This document shows, in pieces, positions 50,353 to 59,081 of a stretch of 64,000 bases of DNA. The DNA is from Candidatus Omnitrophota bacterium. GTDB taxonomy: Bacteria > Omnitrophota > Gorgyraeia > Zapsychrales > Fredricksoniimonadaceae. Both the position numbers and the translations under genes were made by a program. Position 1 is the stretch's first letter; each line of letters begins with the position of its first letter. Below the pieces are notes generated by a model. That model saw only the letters and a program-made list of their open reading frames with translations, was not told where the DNA came from and did no database searches. Location of the stretch: the NCBI GenBank assembly GCA_903944345.1, contig CAJARJ010000015.1, positions 70,433 to 134,432 on the forward strand, in the 5' to 3' direction.

Positions 50353-50417
50353 AACATTCTCCTTATTCAATGTTTACTGAAGTTTTTCCAAATCATATTT
50401 CTACTGCAACACAAACC

Positions 50418-50579
50418 CTAATCTGCCGCCCCACATCCACAGGCTTTGTTTTTCACACAATCCTTCTTTTCTCCATACTGGGGATTCTGCCATTCTTCGT
50501 CTCCATATTTGGCAGACTGCTTTTCTTTGCCCGGCTTCTCCCTGCCCATCTCGAACTTCTCCTTAGATTTGTTCTTCAT
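50418..50579 (-). CDS. Small Lys-rich hypothetical protein with CxxxxxCxC tail (53 aa)
   Basis: Not in the ORF track. MKNKSKEKFEMGREKPGKEKQSAKYGDEEWQNPQYGEKKDCVKNKACGCGAAD. AAGGAGA RBS 5 nt upstream. Lies immediately upstream of the DUF883 gene. Confidence 0.35.
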   Translation of the reverse strand: MKNKSKEKFEMGREKPGKEKQSAKYGDEEWQNPQYGEKKDCVKNKACGCGAAD

Positions 50580-50663
50580 ACGTTCTCCTTGCTAGAAGGT
50601 GTTTCTGACATAAAATTTTCCAAAGCAATTATGGCAAGACTACACAGCATTCCTCTCTCCTTT

Positions 50664-50960
50664 CTATTCATTAACATTCAACCCTGATACATCTGACAAC
50701 GACATCGTATAGCCTTGAGCACTTTCATAGTCAGTCACTATCGCCTCGGTATAAACAATAGCCGCGCCATTTCTGGCACGCAGCACCAGAAGATCAAGTA
50801 CATCCCGTCGAGGCATCCCGTTACTGGAAGAGGACGTCCGGGTCATGGGGGCCACTCCCAGACGATTTCTGAACGTAATATTCTTAATTCGAAGTTCGGA
50901 AAACAAACCATCATTCTTCATATCTCTGCTCCTTGCACTTTTTAATGTCTTACCTGCCAA
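50664..50960 (-). pseudogene. N-terminal fragment of an Old-Yellow-Enzyme-type NADH:flavin oxidoreductase
   Basis: The ORF carries only the first 85 aa or so of an OYE barrel (LFSELRIKNITFRNRLGVAPMTRTSS...NGMPRRDVLDLLVLRARNGAAIVYTEAIV) and then terminates. The remaining ~250 aa are absent. Confidence 0.5.
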
Positions 50961-51573
50961 GATTGTCTGCCGCGAACTCCCAATTAATCAATTTCCCAAG
51001 AACAATATCCACATAATCGATGCGCCGATTATGATAGTCGAGATAATAGGCATGCTCCCATATGTCGATATTTAACAGCGGCTTCATCCCTTTAGTCAGA
51101 GGTGTATCAGCATTACTGGTCTTAACAACCTTGAGCCTGTCTCCATCCAATACCAGCCAGGCCCAACCGCTGCCAAACTGGCTGTTGGCAGCCGCCGCCA
51201 ACTCCTTCCTGCATTGATCTACGGTATTAAAAGCTTCTTCGATCTTTTTCTTCAGGACTGCGGGCGGTTCACCGCCCCCCTTTGGCCTCAAACTGCTCCA
51301 GTAAAACGTGTGATTCCATGTTTGTGCAGCATTATTAAAAATTGCTGTCTTATCGACTTTACCAGCCGTCTCTGCAATGATCTGTTCCAATGGCATGCTG
51401 ACAAGTGCAGTGCCTGCTATCAGCTTGTTCAAATTGTCTGCATAAGCTTTATGATGCTTGCCGTAATGGAAACTTATTGTCTGTGCGGATATGACCGGAT
51501 CGAGTGCGTTCGGCGCGTACGGTAAAGGTGAAAGAATATGTCCGGATACCTTTTCGTTTGCTGTATTGTTCAT
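50950..51573 (-). CDS. sodB: Fe/Mn superoxide dismutase
   Basis: [16 protein letters not shown] ... [19 protein letters not shown]. Start at the ATG at 51573 (AAGGAG with 6-nt spacing). Confidence 0.9.
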   Translation of the reverse strand: MNNTANEKVSGHILSPLPYAPNALDPVISAQTISFHYGKHHKAYADNLNKLIAGTALVSMPLEQIIAETAGKVDKTAIFNNAAQTWNHTFYWSSLRPKGGGEPPAVLKKKIEEAFNTVDQCRKELAAAANSQFGSGWAWLVLDGDRLKVVKTSNADTPLTKGMKPLLNIDIWEHAYYLDYHNRRIDYVDIVLGKLINWEFAADNLGR

Positions 51574-51657
51574 GTTCATTCTCCTTATGAGTTAAGTTTC
51601 CCTCTGCACTTGCTGCGGATCAGACCGTTTTGCATGCAATTTTTGCTATCCTGATGG

Positions 51658-51706
51658 ATTATATAAAAGCTATAAATTCGAGCAATTGTACTCGGGTATA
51701 CACAGG
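51658..51706 (-). promoter_or_regulatory. Conserved promoter family, copy e (TTGCTC, 16 nt, TATAAT)
   Basis: Minus-strand sequence cctgtgtatacccgagtacaaTTGCTCgaatttatagcttttaTATAAT. About 80 nt upstream of the SOD ATG. Confidence 0.45.
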
Positions 51707-51770
51707 AATTTTACTGGGGTCGCGAGAAGCCGGAAGGAAGGGGTTATACGTCTGGGAACAACTCGTTAGA

Positions 51771-52265
51771 TCATAAATAGTACTCTTCTGCACGATAGCC
51801 AAATTCTGCATTCTCGGCCCAGTACTCCGGCTTTATAACCATTTCAATAATATTCTCCATGATCTGTCGATGGGCCTTCTCCTCGGCGGTGATGAGCAGA
51901 AACGCGGCCCGTGCAGCTTCGTCCGCTGCCGTACGGGCGCCTTCTTCGTAAAGCCGAACGCTCTTTTCCTCGACATCAAGGGCGTGTCGATAAAGTTCAA
52001 TCTGTGGGGTCTTGCTGTTCAGCCCGGGATTGGCATCTTTCCAGCCAAGAAAAATATTCCTCACTCCCTGAAGATCGGAACTTTTCTCGTTCGCGAGGGG
52101 GCCTCCCTGTTTGATTTTTTGGAAAACTTCGTAGTGTCTTTTCTCCTGATCAGCAAGCCAGGTAAAAATATAAATAGCGCCTTTATCCGAAAGAGCGTTT
52201 GCAAAAGCCCTGTACAGCAACTCGCCCTGCCGCTCAATATTCATAGCCTGGTCAATAATATCCAT
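51771..52265 (-). CDS. Ferritin-like diiron protein (rubrerythrin family, no rubredoxin domain)
   Basis: Two ExxH motifs (ADQEKRHYEVF, AEEKAHRQIM). Start at the ATG at 52265 with an AAAGGAAAAGG RBS. Confidence 0.65.
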   Translation of the reverse strand: MDIIDQAMNIERQGELLYRAFANALSDKGAIYIFTWLADQEKRHYEVFQKIKQGGPLANEKSSDLQGVRNIFLGWKDANPGLNSKTPQIELYRHALDVEEKSVRLYEEGARTAADEAARAAFLLITAEEKAHRQIMENIIEMVIKPEYWAENAEFGYRAEEYYL

Positions 52266-52381
52266 ACCTTTTCCTTTCATTACCCGTCATTGTATTCTCG
52301 CAAAAATGCTGCCAGTCTGCGGCCAAGCACCTGGGCAGCGGGTTGATGCGTTAACCCCGGCAGCACAAATACAATAGACAG

Positions 52382-53245
52382 TCAATGTCTCATCTTGTCG
52401 ACAATACGGTTAACAGCTTCAAGATTCGGCTTTCTCTGGAAAAGGGGCGCTTTGTCCTGCTGGTAAGCGGCCAGTTGATCTTCAAACACAGGCTTCCCTG
52501 TCTGCTGGTAAAAGATCCCCAATGGAAACCTCCCGGTTTCGATCGCCCGTTCAAAGGCCTGCATTCGGTTATGCGTGTCATGAGAATCATCAAGAAAATA
52601 TGTCCGGTCACGAAACCACTGGTATGTATTGATCTTGTTAAATGTTACACACGGCTGAAAGACGTCAACCAGGGCGTAACCTTTATGAAGAATGGCTTTC
52701 TTTACTATTTCCCTGAAATGATCCTTGAATCCCATAAAAACCCTGGCCACAAAAGACGCATCTAATGCAATAGCCACAGCGAGCGGGTTGAACGGTTCGA
52801 GAATCACGCCATTTACCTGGACCGGCGTCTTGAAGTCTCTGGCGCTTGTCGGCGAAGCCTGCCCCTTGGTAAGCCCATAGACCATATTGTTATGAACAAT
52901 ATTTGTAATATCCGGATTCCGGCGGATTGTATGAATAAAGTGATTCCCCCCTTCGCCATACATATCACCCTCCCCGCTGGTAACGACAACCGTCAGGGAT
53001 GGATTTGAAGCCTTGATTGCCGTAGCCGATGGCAGGGCGCGTCCATGCAGCCCGTTGAAATAATGAGCCCGCACATATTGGGGAAGCTTTGCGGCCTGTC
53101 CAATGCCGGAAACAAGAACAAATCTCTGCGGATCCGCTACAACCTCCGCCAGAATGTCCTTAAGCAGGTTCAGAATCCCGAAATTTCCACATCCCGCACA
53201 CCACGAAATTTCAGCTTGAGGAAAATCAAAGGCTTTACCTGACAT
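52382..53245 (-). CDS. 2-oxoacid:ferredoxin oxidoreductase beta subunit (TPP-binding)
   Basis: [10 protein letters not shown] and [20 protein letters not shown] are the TPP-binding motifs of KorB/PorB. Start at the ATG at 53245 with an AGGAGTGAGG RBS. Confidence 0.8.
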   Translation of the reverse strand: MSGKAFDFPQAEISWCAGCGNFGILNLLKDILAEVVADPQRFVLVSGIGQAAKLPQYVRAHYFNGLHGRALPSATAIKASNPSLTVVVTSGEGDMYGEGGNHFIHTIRRNPDITNIVHNNMVYGLTKGQASPTSARDFKTPVQVNGVILEPFNPLAVAIALDASFVARVFMGFKDHFREIVKKAILHKGYALVDVFQPCVTFNKINTYQWFRDRTYFLDDSHDTHNRMQAFERAIETGRFPLGIFYQQTGKPVFEDQLAAYQQDKAPLFQRKPNLEAVNRIVDKMRH

Positions 53246-53252
53246 ACACACC

Positions 53253-54971
53253 TCACTCCTGTTCCCAGATCTGTCGGACAAGTTCCTCTACAGAAAAAGG
53301 AGCACCGTTGTATTTAAGGATTTTTTTGTGAACCGACAGCCCTGTTTCTCGTCTTAGAAGACCAGAAAACTGCCCGCCTGCATTATTTTCAATACAGATC
53401 ACTTCTTTTGCTTTCTTAATAAAGGGAATTGCCGTTTCAGGGAAAGGATAAACCTGCCTGAAATAAAGAAAAGCCATGTCCGGGTCTTTCTGCAGCTCCA
53501 GCGCCTCCAATATCGCATGGAACGTGGACCCCCAGGCAATAATCAACTTCTTATAATCTTTTGCACCATATAGTACAGGTGCCAAAACCTTTTCAAGGAG
53601 TAATTCATGCTTCTTCATCCGCTTGTCAACCATAGCCCTGCGAACAGCGCCATCCTCGGTTATATGGCCACTTTCATCGTGTTCGTCGCTGTCGACGCAG
53701 ACTATTCCCTGGCCGAAGCCGGGGATCCCTCGAGGAGACAATCCGCTTTGCGTAAACCGGTATCGTTTGTAATCCGGCTCTGTCTGAACCGGCTCGTTGG
53801 AGATGCTGGTGCTGACAACCGGAAGCTCGGCAAGAGTTTGATATAGATCAAGCAAGCCCTGGTCAGTCAAAATAAAAACGGGAACCTGATATCGATCTGC
53901 GAGACCAAAAGCCCAGGCAGTCAAAACAAAAACGTCCTCGATGGTACCAGGCGTAAGAATAGCCCTGGGAAACTCTCCATGCCCGGCATAAAGCGCCAGA
54001 TCCAGATCCCCCTGTTCCGTCCGTGTAGGAAGACCCGTCGCCGGACCTGGCCGTTGAGCCAAATGAATAACCATGGGAGACTCAATTGCCCCTGCGAGGC
54101 TAAGACCCTCTGACATCAGGGCAAACCCACCGCCAGATGTAGTCACCAGGGCCCGCCCACCGGCATACCAGCTGCCAAGCCCCATGTTGATAGCCGCAAT
54201 CTCGTCCTCAGCCTGCTCTACCACAATACCGAACTCATCTGCGTGCTGAGCCAGAAAAGTCAGAACACCGGTTGAAGGAGACATGGGATAAGATGCGAGA
54301 AAATTACATCCACCGACCACAGCGCCCAGCGCGGCGGCTTCATGCCCGCTTATAATAAGCTGCTTTTTAATATCAGCATTACGCTCAATCTGAATGGTTA
54401 GTTGATACCGGTCAACCGCTTGCAGACCGAAATTAAACCCGCGCTGCACGGCCAGACAATTCTTTTCAATAATATCCGCTTCTTTTTTAGCAAAAGAACT
54501 TCTGACCTGTACAATCACTTCTTCTGCAGAAATACCAAACAGAGCAGCAAGAAAACCGAGTGCCACCGTGTTGGAAAGTATCCGGTTGCCCAGTTCCCAT
54601 GCAATCTTTGAAAAGGGGACGGAAAAAATATCCCGTCCCTCTTCTTTATGGCTCTCTTCATTAACAATAATAATGGTCTTTGGAGAAAGCCGGTCTTTCA
54701 CATGATCAATGGCTCCAGGATCAAGCGCTACCAGCACATCTATCCTGTCAAGAAAAGCAACGACCGCTCGAGATGAAACACGAATCTCGGTAGTATTGGT
54801 CCCGCCACGAACGCGAGACATGTATTCCTTAGTCGCGGAAACATGATAGCCTGCGGACTTGAAGATCCGCATGAGGATTTGCTCAACAGTTTCAATCCCC
54901 TGTCCGGCCTCCCCCGCCAGAACAACGGAAACATCATGGTGAAAGATTCGCTTAACAGGCATAATGCTCAT
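53253..54971 (-). CDS. 2-oxoacid:ferredoxin oxidoreductase alpha subunit (gamma-alpha fusion type)
   Basis: 572 aa. N-terminal gamma-like domain ([18 protein letters not shown]), then alpha domains. Directly upstream of the beta subunit. Confidence 0.8.
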   Translation of the reverse strand: MSIMPVKRIFHHDVSVVLAGEAGQGIETVEQILMRIFKSAGYHVSATKEYMSRVRGGTNTTEIRVSSRAVVAFLDRIDVLVALDPGAIDHVKDRLSPKTIIIVNEESHKEEGRDIFSVPFSKIAWELGNRILSNTVALGFLAALFGISAEEVIVQVRSSFAKKEADIIEKNCLAVQRGFNFGLQAVDRYQLTIQIERNADIKKQLIISGHEAAALGAVVGGCNFLASYPMSPSTGVLTFLAQHADEFGIVVEQAEDEIAAINMGLGSWYAGGRALVTTSGGGFALMSEGLSLAGAIESPMVIHLAQRPGPATGLPTRTEQGDLDLALYAGHGEFPRAILTPGTIEDVFVLTAWAFGLADRYQVPVFILTDQGLLDLYQTLAELPVVSTSISNEPVQTEPDYKRYRFTQSGLSPRGIPGFGQGIVCVDSDEHDESGHITEDGAVRRAMVDKRMKKHELLLEKVLAPVLYGAKDYKKLIIAWGSTFHAILEALELQKDPDMAFLYFRQVYPFPETAIPFIKKAKEVICIENNAGGQFSGLLRRETGLSVHKKILKYNGAPFSVEELVRQIWEQE

Positions 54972-55008
54972 AAAACGCTCCAGCCTTCTGTTAGTAAGAA
55001 TCCTTGTG

Positions 55009-55293
55009 TTAAACCTTACGAATTATTGTAGGGGGGAACCGGAACGAGTCAATTGCACTACGGTATAACAGACAGGGGACGAAAAACCGAAGGAAAGGAA
55101 TTTGAACCAACCTACCAACATCAATAACAATAGTGACTTGGCGAAGGCCTCTTGCCAATGCCAATGCCGTCAAAATCCCTGCCTGTCGTGAATGAATCAA
55201 GCTGTTGCGAAAAACAACAAGCATGTTGGGTCCCGAAACAATAATGACAAACCATCCGACAACAATAACGGTCAACCAATCGCTTAACCACAT
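55009..55293 (-). pseudogene. Truncated LysE/RhtB-family exporter (N-terminal ~50 aa recognisable)
   Basis: ATG at 55293 with an AAGGAG RBS. MWLSDWLTVIVVGWFVIIVSGPNMLVVFRNSLIHSRQAGILTALALARG matches the LysE N-terminus. The rest is non-hydrophobic and stops after 94 aa. Its 3' end is overlapped by promoter copy f. Confidence 0.35.
55024..55076 (-). promoter_or_regulatory. Conserved promoter family, copy f (TTGACT, 17 nt, TACAAT)
   Basis: Minus-strand sequence tgtctgttataccgtagtgcaaTTGACTcgttccggttcccccccTACAAT. About 45 nt upstream of the korA ATG. Overlaps the 3' end of the truncated LysE-like ORF. Confidence 0.5.
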
Positions 55294-55446
55294 ATACAAC
55301 TCCTTGTGCAACCTGCAATTCCGGAAAATGCCGGGCATGTTTTCCCTTGTTCGAAGATATTAATTGTCGTTCGACATCAATCAGAGCAATTTCTTTTCGC
55401 TACAATTAACTCCCCTGAAGGGATATCCCTGTTTCAACTATTTATC

Positions 55447-56496
55447 TTAAAGCGATGCCATATCGATCACGAAACGATATTTTACATCGCTTTTCAACAT
55501 CCGCTCGTACGCTTCATTGATATCCTGTATCTTGATCACTTCAATATCGGAGGTAATTTTATGCTTGCCGCAGAAATCCAGCATTTCCTGAGTTTCTTTA
55601 ATGCCGCCGATCACGGAACCCGCCACCGCTTTGCGCCCCATGATCAAAGAAACAGTATTCAGCATCGGATCCACATCTCCAAGAAAACCAACCAACACCA
55701 ACGTGCCGCCAAGCGCAAGTGTTGGCAAATACAGATTAAGATCATGCCTATACGGTACGGTATCAATAATCAGGTCAAATTTGCCCTTTACCGCCTCCAG
55801 CTGCTCCTTGTCGGTAGAAAGAACCACTTGCCTGGCACCCAGACGCCGCGCGTCTTTCTCCTTGCCTTTTGAACGGGTAAATAGCGTTGCTTCAGCACCT
55901 AGTGCTTTGGCCAATTTAAGTGCCATATGTCCAAGCCCACCAAGCCCGATAACTGCGACCGTGCTCTTCTTTCCCACTTTCCAGTGACGCAGGGGGGACC
56001 AGGTCGTGATCCCGGCGCAAAGAAGCGGGGCAGCACCTTTCAGGTCTATCCCCTTGGGAATCTTGACGACAAACTTGTCCGACACCACGATCTTGTCGGA
56101 ATACCCGCCATAGGTCGGCAGTTTATCGTGACGGTCATGCCCGTTATAAGTAAAGGTGGGCGCTTCTTCACAGTATTGTTCCAACCCCTGCTCACAAGCC
56201 TCGCAGTGCTGGCAGGAATCGACCATACAGCCAACACCAACCTGATCACCGACTTTAAACCGCTTTACCTTATTTCCAACACTTGAAACACGGCCAACGA
56301 TCTCATGCCCAGGCACCATCGGATAGATACCCGGGAACCAATCATCCCGAACCTGATGCAAATCTGAATGACAAACGCCGCAATACAGAATGTCGATCAC
56401 CACATCATTGTCGCGTGGATCGCGCCGGGTAAAACTGAGCGGGGCCAACTTCACCTTGGGGGCCTTTGCCGCATAACCGCTGACTTTTATCGCCAT
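55447..56496 (-). CDS. Zinc-dependent NAD(P)-alcohol dehydrogenase (cinnamyl-ADH/YahK-like)
   Basis: GVCHSDLHQVRDDW, GHEIVGRV and the GLGGLGHMALKLAKALGA Rossmann fold. A structural-zinc Cys cluster is also present. Confidence 0.85.
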   Translation of the reverse strand: MAIKVSGYAAKAPKVKLAPLSFTRRDPRDNDVVIDILYCGVCHSDLHQVRDDWFPGIYPMVPGHEIVGRVSSVGNKVKRFKVGDQVGVGCMVDSCQHCEACEQGLEQYCEEAPTFTYNGHDRHDKLPTYGGYSDKIVVSDKFVVKIPKGIDLKGAAPLLCAGITTWSPLRHWKVGKKSTVAVIGLGGLGHMALKLAKALGAEATLFTRSKGKEKDARRLGARQVVLSTDKEQLEAVKGKFDLIIDTVPYRHDLNLYLPTLALGGTLVLVGFLGDVDPMLNTVSLIMGRKAVAGSVIGGIKETQEMLDFCGKHKITSDIEVIKIQDINEAYERMLKSDVKYRFVIDMASL

Positions 56497-56629
56497 AGAA
56501 TTTCTCCTTCTATCAAATCCTGTTAATTTTCAAACTATGCCCTTCCCATGAAGCAAACTCATCGTACCAAAAGGGCGCGGTTACCACTCAAAAGAAACTG
56601 AATATCGGCCTTCATTTTCTCCCCGGAAT

Positions 56630-57163
56630 TTAATGGGCGACGTCCAGACAATGCTTTCGGATCGCAGAAATCTCGGCCTGAGCAAGCCCCAGCGATTCCA
56701 GAAAGTCCTGGTGCGCCTCGGGGGATGACTTCTCAAACTCGGCGTGCCAACGGATCATCCCCTTATCATCAAGGCCGGCCTTGCGCAAACAGGCGACCCA
56801 TTTCTCCTTGGTCAGAACCCGAGTCGAAGAAGACATCTCGGGTGTTCCCAAAAGTGACAAAATCTGCTGCTGCTGCTCGCGAAGACGCCGGATATCGCCA
56901 TTAAGGCCTTCCAGCCTTTTGCGAAGAACCCCCTCCCGATGAGAAGACTTGTGCCCAAGGGTCTTTTGAATATCCCGCAAACACAGCCCCGCGTTACGCA
57001 AACAGGAGATCTCTTTCATGAGCAGAAGATCTTTTTCCGTGTATACACGATACCCGGCAGAGCTCCTTCCCCTCGGCGAAAGCAACCCGATCTCATCGTA
57101 GTATAAAAGAGCAGTTCTTGAAAGACCGAATTGTTTGGCAACAGCAGAAATGGTATAGGTCAT
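56630..57163 (-). CDS. MerR-family transcriptional regulator
   Basis: N-terminal MerR HTH (YTISAVAKQFGLSRTALLYYDEIGLLSPRGRSSAGYRVY), a coiled-coil linker, and a C-terminal effector domain of about 55 aa. Confidence 0.8.
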   Translation of the reverse strand: MTYTISAVAKQFGLSRTALLYYDEIGLLSPRGRSSAGYRVYTEKDLLLMKEISCLRNAGLCLRDIQKTLGHKSSHREGVLRKRLEGLNGDIRRLREQQQQILSLLGTPEMSSSTRVLTKEKWVACLRKAGLDDKGMIRWHAEFEKSSPEAHQDFLESLGLAQAEISAIRKHCLDVAH

Positions 57164-57224
57164 AAACCCCCTTTAAAAAGGCCCCCGTTCCGCCGCAAGC
57201 CGACGGAACGAAGGCAAAATCCTG

Positions 57225-57401
57225 TTATTTCCCTCTTGCAGCCTTGATCTGTCCGGCATCAAGCCCAAGCCATTCCAGGAAACTCTGGTGCCCGTCAGGA
57301 TATCTGGCCTCAAAAAGCTGATGCCACTTCTGCATCTCACTTTCAGAAAGGCCTACTTCGCGAAAAAGCCCCTTCCATTGCTCGACCGTTACCGCTTTCA
57401 T
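57225..57401 (-). CDS. Stand-alone homolog of the MerR C-terminal effector domain (58 aa)
   Basis: MKAVTVEQWKGLFREVGLSESEMQKWHQLFEARYPDGHQSFLEWLGLDAGQIKAARGK aligns with the C-terminus of the adjacent MerR (TREKWVACLRKAGLDDKGMIRWHAEFEKSSPEAHQDFLESLGLAQAEISAIRKH). AAAGGAAG RBS at the ATG at 57401. Confidence 0.5.
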   Translation of the reverse strand: MKAVTVEQWKGLFREVGLSESEMQKWHQLFEARYPDGHQSFLEWLGLDAGQIKAARGK

Positions 57402-57582
57402 CTTGCTTCCTTTCGTTATTTTGTCTTCCCAATTTATCGACCATGGCCAATGGTTAACGAAAGAATAAACTATCAAGTGATAGTCAGGTCAAGAATCTTT
57501 TTTGCTCCTGTGCCGTCTTTACGCCCGACCGCAGACAGGGAAAAGTCAAAATTTGGTCAATACGACATCTTTCGCCTAACTT

Positions 57583-58164
57583 TCACTTTATTTTAACAAG
57601 AATTTCTGCAAGTCTACGACCCAGTGCTTCAATAGCAGCTTGCTGTTTGACATCCTTAAGTGCCCCATTTGCATTAAAAGCCTCGTCAGCCTTGGAAACC
57701 GCCATCTGCTCGGAAAGAACAAGGACCTGAATATTGGAAAGAATGGAGCGGACTTGTACCAATCCCCTCAGCCCTCCAAGAACTCCTGGGGAAGCGCTCA
57801 TGATCACCGCCACTTTTCCGGCAAAACAGGCTAACGGCGTCTCCTCGGGTAACGGTCGGGAGGCCCAATCAATTGCGTTCTTCAGAACCCCGCTTATTCC
57901 ACTGTTGTACTCAGGCGCAGAAATTAAAAGCCCATCGTGTTCCACCAGCAATGCCCTGAATTTCTTAACATTCTCAGAAAGACCCTGCTGAACTTCCAGG
58001 TCTCCATCATAAAGCGACATCGGCAGATCACGGAGGTCAAGGTAAGTTACTGTTGCCCCGGCGGCATGTGCTCCAGACGCCGCTATCTTAACAAGCTTCT
58101 TATTAAGGGAGTCGATGCGCGTACTCCCGGAAAATGCTAAAATTTTTGGTTTAGTTGTTTGCAT
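57583..58164 (-). CDS. NADPH-dependent FMN reductase (flavodoxin-like fold)
   Basis: KILAFSGSTRIDSLNKKL ... APEYNSGISGVLKNAIDWAS. Start at the ATG at 58164 with an AAGGAGGG RBS. Confidence 0.8.
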   Translation of the reverse strand: MQTTKPKILAFSGSTRIDSLNKKLVKIAASGAHAAGATVTYLDLRDLPMSLYDGDLEVQQGLSENVKKFRALLVEHDGLLISAPEYNSGISGVLKNAIDWASRPLPEETPLACFAGKVAVIMSASPGVLGGLRGLVQVRSILSNIQVLVLSEQMAVSKADEAFNANGALKDVKQQAAIEALGRRLAEILVKIK

Positions 58165-58240
58165 AGTACCCTCCTTATTCACGTTTGGATTCCAATTCTG
58201 TTAACCTCCCTAAGTTCCGCCTTGTTCCTGGCGATTAAAC

Positions 58241-58384
58241 TTATTTCCGTTCGTTAATGACCTGCAGAAGAATAACGATAACGGCAATCGCAAGCAAGAT
58301 GTGAATAAGTCCTCCCATTGTGTAAGACGAAACCAGTCCTATCAGCCAAAGCACAACTAAAATAACGGCAATTGTGTACAACAT
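58241..58384 (-). CDS. lmo0937-family small membrane protein (47 aa), paralog of 24543-24692
   Basis: MLYTIAVILVVLWLIGLVSSYTMGGLIHILLAIAVIVILLQVINERK. AAGGAGA RBS. About 80% identical to the other copy. Confidence 0.6.
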   Translation of the reverse strand: MLYTIAVILVVLWLIGLVSSYTMGGLIHILLAIAVIVILLQVINERK

Positions 58385-58706
58385 ATATGTTCTCCTTCCA
58401 TTGGGCAGTGACTTCCTGGAATTCGGCACAATGATACGCCACATAAAAAAAGAAACAATTAGACCCGGGTATAACAAAATAGAAACTGTGGAAGAATGAG
58501 GAATTCTAGGAAGAAACAATGCTCGCTTTCTGGGCGAAGTGGACAAGCTCGGTGACAGTCTTGGCCTGCATCTTGTGCATGACCCGGCCACGGTGGACCT
58601 TGATCGTCTGAAGGGCGGTCAACTGCGTCCAGAAGCAAGCATGCAGGAAGTCTGGAGTGCTTGAAAGAAAGAAATTCTTCTGCGCAATAAAATAAATGAG
58701 ATATCA

Positions 58707-59081
58707 TTAAGATTGAATCGGCTCAATGAGACGTATTTTTTCAAATAATAACTCAATGTCAAAAGGTTTATTTATAATGCCCGCGACCAGTCTTGACATG
58801 TTCTTATCCGCATCTAACATATCTATATCCAACATGCCGGAAATGATAAACACGGCGCACCGGGGGTGCTTGTTTTTTGCCATTTTCAACAGATCAATCC
58901 CATTCAATCCCTTCATTTTATAATCAAAAAGACAGACATCATACCCATTTTTCTCTATCAGGAGAGCACCTTCCCTGCTGTCCGTTGTATTATCAACAAG
59001 ATACCCTTCCTCACGAAGAAGCATGGCTAATGAATGGCCAACGTTCTTATCATCATCTACTATCAGGATTTCTTTTGGCAT
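58707..59081 (-). CDS. Response-regulator receiver domain; a LuxR/FixJ-type HTH remnant follows in-frame after tandem stop codons (probable pseudogenised FixJ-family regulator)
   Basis: Receiver motifs ILIVDDDKNV ... CLFDYKMKGLNG. In the same frame, after TAA-TGA at 58704-58709, codons 58506-58700 encode ...LTALQTIKVHRGRVMHKMQAKTVTELVHFAQKAS, which matches the third helix and C-terminus of FixJ/LuxR HTH domains. The first half of the HTH is not recognisable. Confidence 0.7.
   Translation of the reverse strand: MPKEILIVDDDKNVGHSLAMLLREEGYLVDNTTDSREGALLIEKNGYDVCLFDYKMKGLNGIDLLKMAKNKHPRCAVFIISGMLDIDMLDADKNMSRLVAGIINKPFDIELLFEKIRLIEPIQS

Noticed and set aside
58459-58707. 82-aa ORF-track entry downstream of the receiver gene
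   Set aside because: It is in a different frame from the LuxR/FixJ HTH remnant. The remnant is in frame with the receiver, so this ORF is an overlap artefact.
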